This document shows, piece by piece, positions 59,813 to 64,000 of a stretch of 64,000 nt of DNA. The stretch spans positions 38,750,001 to 38,814,000 of the forward strand of contig OX597834.1 in the NCBI GenBank assembly GCA_951406725.2, given 5' to 3'. The DNA is from Octopus vulgaris (taxonomy: Eukaryota). The position numbers and the translations under genes are program-made. A model generated the notes under the pieces. It was given only the letters and a program-made list of their open reading frames with translations, was not told where the DNA came from and did not search any database. Positions within the stretch are counted from its first letter, which is position 1. The number at the start of each line of letters is the position of its first letter.

Positions 59813-60150
59813 ATATTTTGTGTAAATTTACTCTGCATCCAGGCTGAATATATTTAGGTTTATAAGTGGAATCTCTTTCCTTCAATCATGGCAAGTTCGT
59901 TGAAGTACTATAAATATCCTGTGAACAGTTACAGTTCTTTTGCCTGTCCTACATTTTTGTGCTAAAAAATTCTCCATTAGCTAAAATGCTTTTCAAAGGG
60001 ATTTCACAGAACTGAATCTCATTTTTCGATAATTTGGAAATAAATACGATTTTGGTGTTGCCAAGGAATCTTGTATACCATTCCACTTTTACTTAAACAC
60101 CAGTGAATTGTTTTCTGTGTATTGTTCATATTATATACATACATACATAC

Positions 60151-60227
<77 letters not shown>

Positions 60228-60442
60228 TCTTTTATTCTTTAATTTGTTTCAGTCGTTTGACTGCGGCCATGCTGGAACACCGCCTTTAGTCGAGTAAATC
60301 GATCCCAGAACTTATTCTATGTAAGGCTAATACTTATTCTATCTATTTTGCCAAACCGCTAAGTTACGGGGACATAAACACGCCACCATTGGTTGTCAAG
60401 CGATCTTGGGGGACAAACAGGCACCCAAACACACACACACAC

Positions 60443-60509
<67 letters not shown>

Positions 60510-60658
60510 ACAGGCTTCTTTCAGTTTCCCTCTACCAAATCCACTCACAAAGTTTTGGTCGGCCCGAGGCTATAGTATAAGACACTTGTCCAAGTTTCCA
60601 CACAATGGGACTGAACCCATAACCACGTGGTTGGTAAGCAAGCTACTTACCACACCTC
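60228..60658 (-). mobile_element. SINE family 1, full length
   Basis: Reverse-complement match. Confidence 0.88.
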
Positions 60659-60710
60659 CACATACATTCATAAATACATACATACATAACACACATATAT
60701 ATATATATAT

Positions 60711-60792
<82 letters not shown>

Positions 60793-61230
60793 TCTCTCTC
60801 TCTCCTCGTTATTTCTCATTTTCTTTCTTCTATATTTCGTAACTTCCTCTTTCCTCATTTCCTTCTTGAAGCCATTCGTAAGCTTTCATACCTATATTCC
60901 ACCCATTCCATTCCCTTTCTCGCTCAGTTCGCTCTGTTATTTACATCTTCAAACACCTCACACTCTTCCTTGTTTTTGTTTTTTTCTTTACACTCTTCCC
61001 TTCCGCATATATATTTATACTTTCTATATTACGCCATTGTATTCACCGTTATCTTTTACGTTTTATATTGTTTTCTATCTCCCATTATCATTCTCGTTTC
61101 CCTGGTTTTTACATTTCTTTTATCTTTCCTTTCTCTTCTTCATGTCCTTCTATGTCACCTTCTTTCTCCTTTTCTACTTCCAGTGTTCTTACCCTAGTAC
61201 TGTTATTTCTACCCTTGTATCAATATGTAA

Positions 61231-61547
61231 GTCGCATGGCTCAGCCGTTAGAGCATCTGGATCGCAATCATGAGGTAGTGAGTTCCATTCCCAAACCGGG
61301 CTGTGTGTCGTGTTCTTGAGCAAGACACTTTATTTCGCATTGCTCCAGAAATGAGTTGCGACGTCATTGGTGCCAAGCTGTTTCGGTCCCTTTGCCTTTC
61401 CCTTGAATATCATCAGTAGTGCAAAGAAGGGAGATTGGTATTCATGGGCGATTGCTGGTCTTCTATAAGCAACCGTGCTCGGACTTGTGCCTCGGAGGGG
61501 AACTTTCTAGGTGTAATCCCATAGTCATGCTTGACCGAAGGGTGTCC
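61231..61547 (+). mobile_element. tRNA-derived SINE family 3
   Basis: GCATGGCTCAG..GTTAGA head, GTGTTCTTGAGCAAGACACTTTA body; paralogue at 63533-63870. Confidence 0.85.
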
Positions 61548-61871
61548 TATATCAATATACTTTGCGAACCAAAATTCTACAGAATAAAAGTTAAAATCTT
61601 ATATTCTAAACATCAAGCAACTTGCTTCGACCAAATTTATAACATTTATTAAGGACCGCAATTCATAACAAAACCATTAATTCCTTCCCTATAAAGCATC
61701 TTTGAATTTGCAGTAAACCCGCAGTAATAAATGTTCTTGTGTTTTTTTTGACAGTCCAACGAAAATGCCCCGCTGGCAGAACCGTTAGCATACCGGACAA
61801 AAATGTTTAGTGATATTTATTGTGTTAATACGTTCTGAGTTCAAATTCTGCCGAGGTCTACTTTACCTTTG

Positions 61872-62176
61872 TTGTTTGTTCCTATTTCGAGCCATGCCTG
61901 GCTCATAAGGACCAGTTTCTCGGTTTCCTTGGCGTATAGGTTCCTCACCTGAACGGGGCACTAGTCCGTTGCAGGTGAGCTGCAAGATGCAGGAGGAAAG
62001 TGTGGAACAAAGTTGTGGCGAAAGAGTCAGCAGAAGTTCGCCATTACCTTCTGCCGGAGACGCGTGGAGCTTAGATGTTTCGCTCATAAACACACACATC
62101 GCCCGGTCTGAGATTCGAACCCGCGGTCCCACGACCGCGAGTCCGCTGGTCTAACCACTAGGCCATGTGCCTCCAC
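61872..62176 (-). mobile_element. tRNA-derived SINE family 4 with 14-bp TSD, nested in a family 2 SINE (61770-62212, plus)
   Basis: Minus strand TGGCCTAGTGGTTAG A box and GGTTCGAATC B box; CTACTTTACCTTTG at 61858-61871 and 62177-62190. Confidence 0.9.
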
Positions 62177-62273
62177 CTACTTTACCTTTGGGATCGATAA
62201 AATAAGTACTGACCATCCCTGTCACAGAATTTCAGTCCTGCTGACAGTTGAAAGAATTATTATAAGCTCCACG

Positions 62274-62640
62274 AAGGCGGCGAGGTGAGAGACTCGTCAG
62301 CGCTCTGGACAAAACGATTATCGGCATTTCTTCCGGATTTGCATTCTTTGCCTTCATCCGTTCGGAGTCGACAAAATAAGAAGCAGTTAATTCATGGGGT
62401 CGAAGTAACCGACTTACCCCCTCTCCTAAAATTGCTGGCCCTGTTTCCAAAATTTTAAACCAACATTATTCCACAAGGATTAAGGCGGCGACTTGGCAGA
62501 ATCGGTAGCACGCCGGACAAAATGATTAGCGGCCTTTCTTCCGGATTTGCGTTATCTGCCTTTCATCCTTTCGGAATCGATAGAATAAAGTACTGGGATC
62601 GATATAATAGTCATTTCTTACTAAAATTTCAGGCCTTGTT
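62274..62640 (+). mobile_element. Two diverged SINE family 2 copies
   Basis: GGCGGCGA heads at ~62276 and ~62484. Confidence 0.8.
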
Positions 62641-62647
62641 TATCATT

Positions 62648-62854
62648 TATCTTTTACTTGTGTCAGTCATTAGGCTGCGGCCATGCTGAGGCACCGCCTT
62701 GAAGAATGAATCGACCCCAGTACCTTTTTTCTAAAACCTGATACTTATTCTATCGATCACTTTATCGAAACGCTAAGTTACGGAGACGAAAACACACTAA
62801 CATCGGCTGTTAAGCGAGGGGCAAGCACAAACACAAAGGTAGACATGCATAGAG

Positions 62855-62896
<42 letters not shown>

Positions 62897-63050
62897 ATAT
62901 ACATATACGATGGGCTTCTTTCAGTTTCCACTCGCATGGCTTTGGCCGGCCTGAGATTACAGTAGAAGACACTTGCCCAAGGTGCCTCGCAGTGGGACTG
63001 AACCCGGAACAAGTGGTTGTCAAGCAAGCTTCTTACCACTCAGCTACGCC
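62648..63050 (-). mobile_element. SINE family 1 (diverged)
   Basis: Reverse-complement match. Confidence 0.85.
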
Positions 63051-63149
63051 TTTATGTATTGATCGCACTTCGTTTGCTTGGATGGAGAGTGTAATTCTTT
63101 GACCAAACTCTCGTTTCACAGTGATACCATGACATGCTGAAAGAGCAAT

Positions 63150-63500
63150 TTTGACCGAACGCTGAACAGCGCCTGGTCTTGGATAAGAATTGATCTTCAT
63201 ACAAGATGGTGCACTGCCAACTAAACAGTCGCAGTTTGCAATTGGTTGAATGGAAAGCTGCCAGAAAGTCGGACGAGTTGTTGATCTGCAGCTATACCAG
63301 ATCTATTGGCCTGTAATTTCTTTTGTTGGCGATTCGTGAAAAATCAAAGATGTACTGACCTCATCTAAAAAGTATATATTATTGCTACTTTTACTGAGGT
63401 CAGAAGCTCAGTTGTGTCAGAACGCTGTGTTCGAGTATCGTAAACACCAAAGAAAGTGAACGGAATTCAGAGGTGTCTATGGCGAATCCATATTTAGTGC
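63150..63500 (+). pseudogene. Very decayed Tc1/mariner-superfamily transposase fragment
   Basis: LIFIQDGALP..VCNWLNGKLP..PDLLACNFFCWRFVKN resembles QQDGA..WLN..SPDL..DFFLWG. Confidence 0.55.
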
Positions 63501-63532
63501 CTGGCTCAAATTAAAACAAAATTATTCATTAA

Positions 63533-63870
63533 AGCATGGCTCAGTGGTTAGAACATCGGCCTCACAATCATGAGGTAGCGAGTTCGATTCCTGAACCGGG
63601 CTGTGTGTTGTGTTCTTGAGCATGACACTTTATTTCATGTTGCTCCAGTTCACTCAGCTGTAGAAATGTATTGCGACATCATGGGTGCCAAGCTGTATCG
63701 GCCCCTTTGCCTTTCCCTAGGATAACATCGGTGGCATGGAGAAGGGGAAGCTGGTATGCATGGGCGACTGCTGGTCTTCCATAAACAACCTTGCCCGGAC
63801 TTGTGCCTCGGAAGGGGAACTTTCTAGTTGCAATCCCATGGTCATTCATGACCGAAGCGGGTCTTTACCT
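63533..63870 (+). mobile_element. SINE family 3
   Basis: Colinear with 61231-61547; GAGTTCGATTC B box. Confidence 0.88.
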
Positions 63871-64000
63871 TTTGAACCTATTTATTATGAAATATTGTGT
63901 ATTAATTTTAAATAACACCCGGTGGAATAATGTTGGTTTCAAATTTTGGCACAAGGCCAGCAATTTCGGGGGAGGGTGGTTGATTACATCCACCCCACTG

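Noticed and set aside
61271-61284. let-7-like TGAGGTAGTGAGTT
   Set aside because: Lies in the tRNA-like head of SINE family 3 (also at ~63571); the 3' part does not match and there is no precursor hairpin.

Overview
This is repeat-saturated animal nuclear DNA, most likely an octopus/coleoid intron or intergenic region. That assignment is an inference from the extreme microsatellite density and from tRNA-derived SINE families resembling known Octopus SINEs. There is no intact, recognisable host gene, and almost all ORFs in the supplied track are translated microsatellites. The window holds about 25 SINE copies from four families and decayed autonomous elements: Penelope-like RT+GIY-YIG, R4/Dong-type RT, CR1-type RT, several Tc1/mariner fragments and a Helitron helicase 3' end. 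It also contains MITEs, non-autonomous Helitrons, 47-bp and ~49-bp minisatellites and a 2.3-kb (TATG)n. The most interesting signal is a set of short non-coding elements sitting in (TA)n tracts that carry hammerhead-ribozyme cores. The best is a complete type-I hammerhead (minus strand, 52473-52533) in a ~470-bp partial tandem repeat, and Penelope-type minimal hammerheads occur at 18046, 35698, 36086 and 46457. Together these suggest a retrozyme/Penelope-parasite system targeting TA microsatellites. Weaker candidates are a G-U-rich pre-miRNA-like hairpin, a few isolated exons and two promoter-like motif clusters. All calls were made by eye; no database search or folding program was run.
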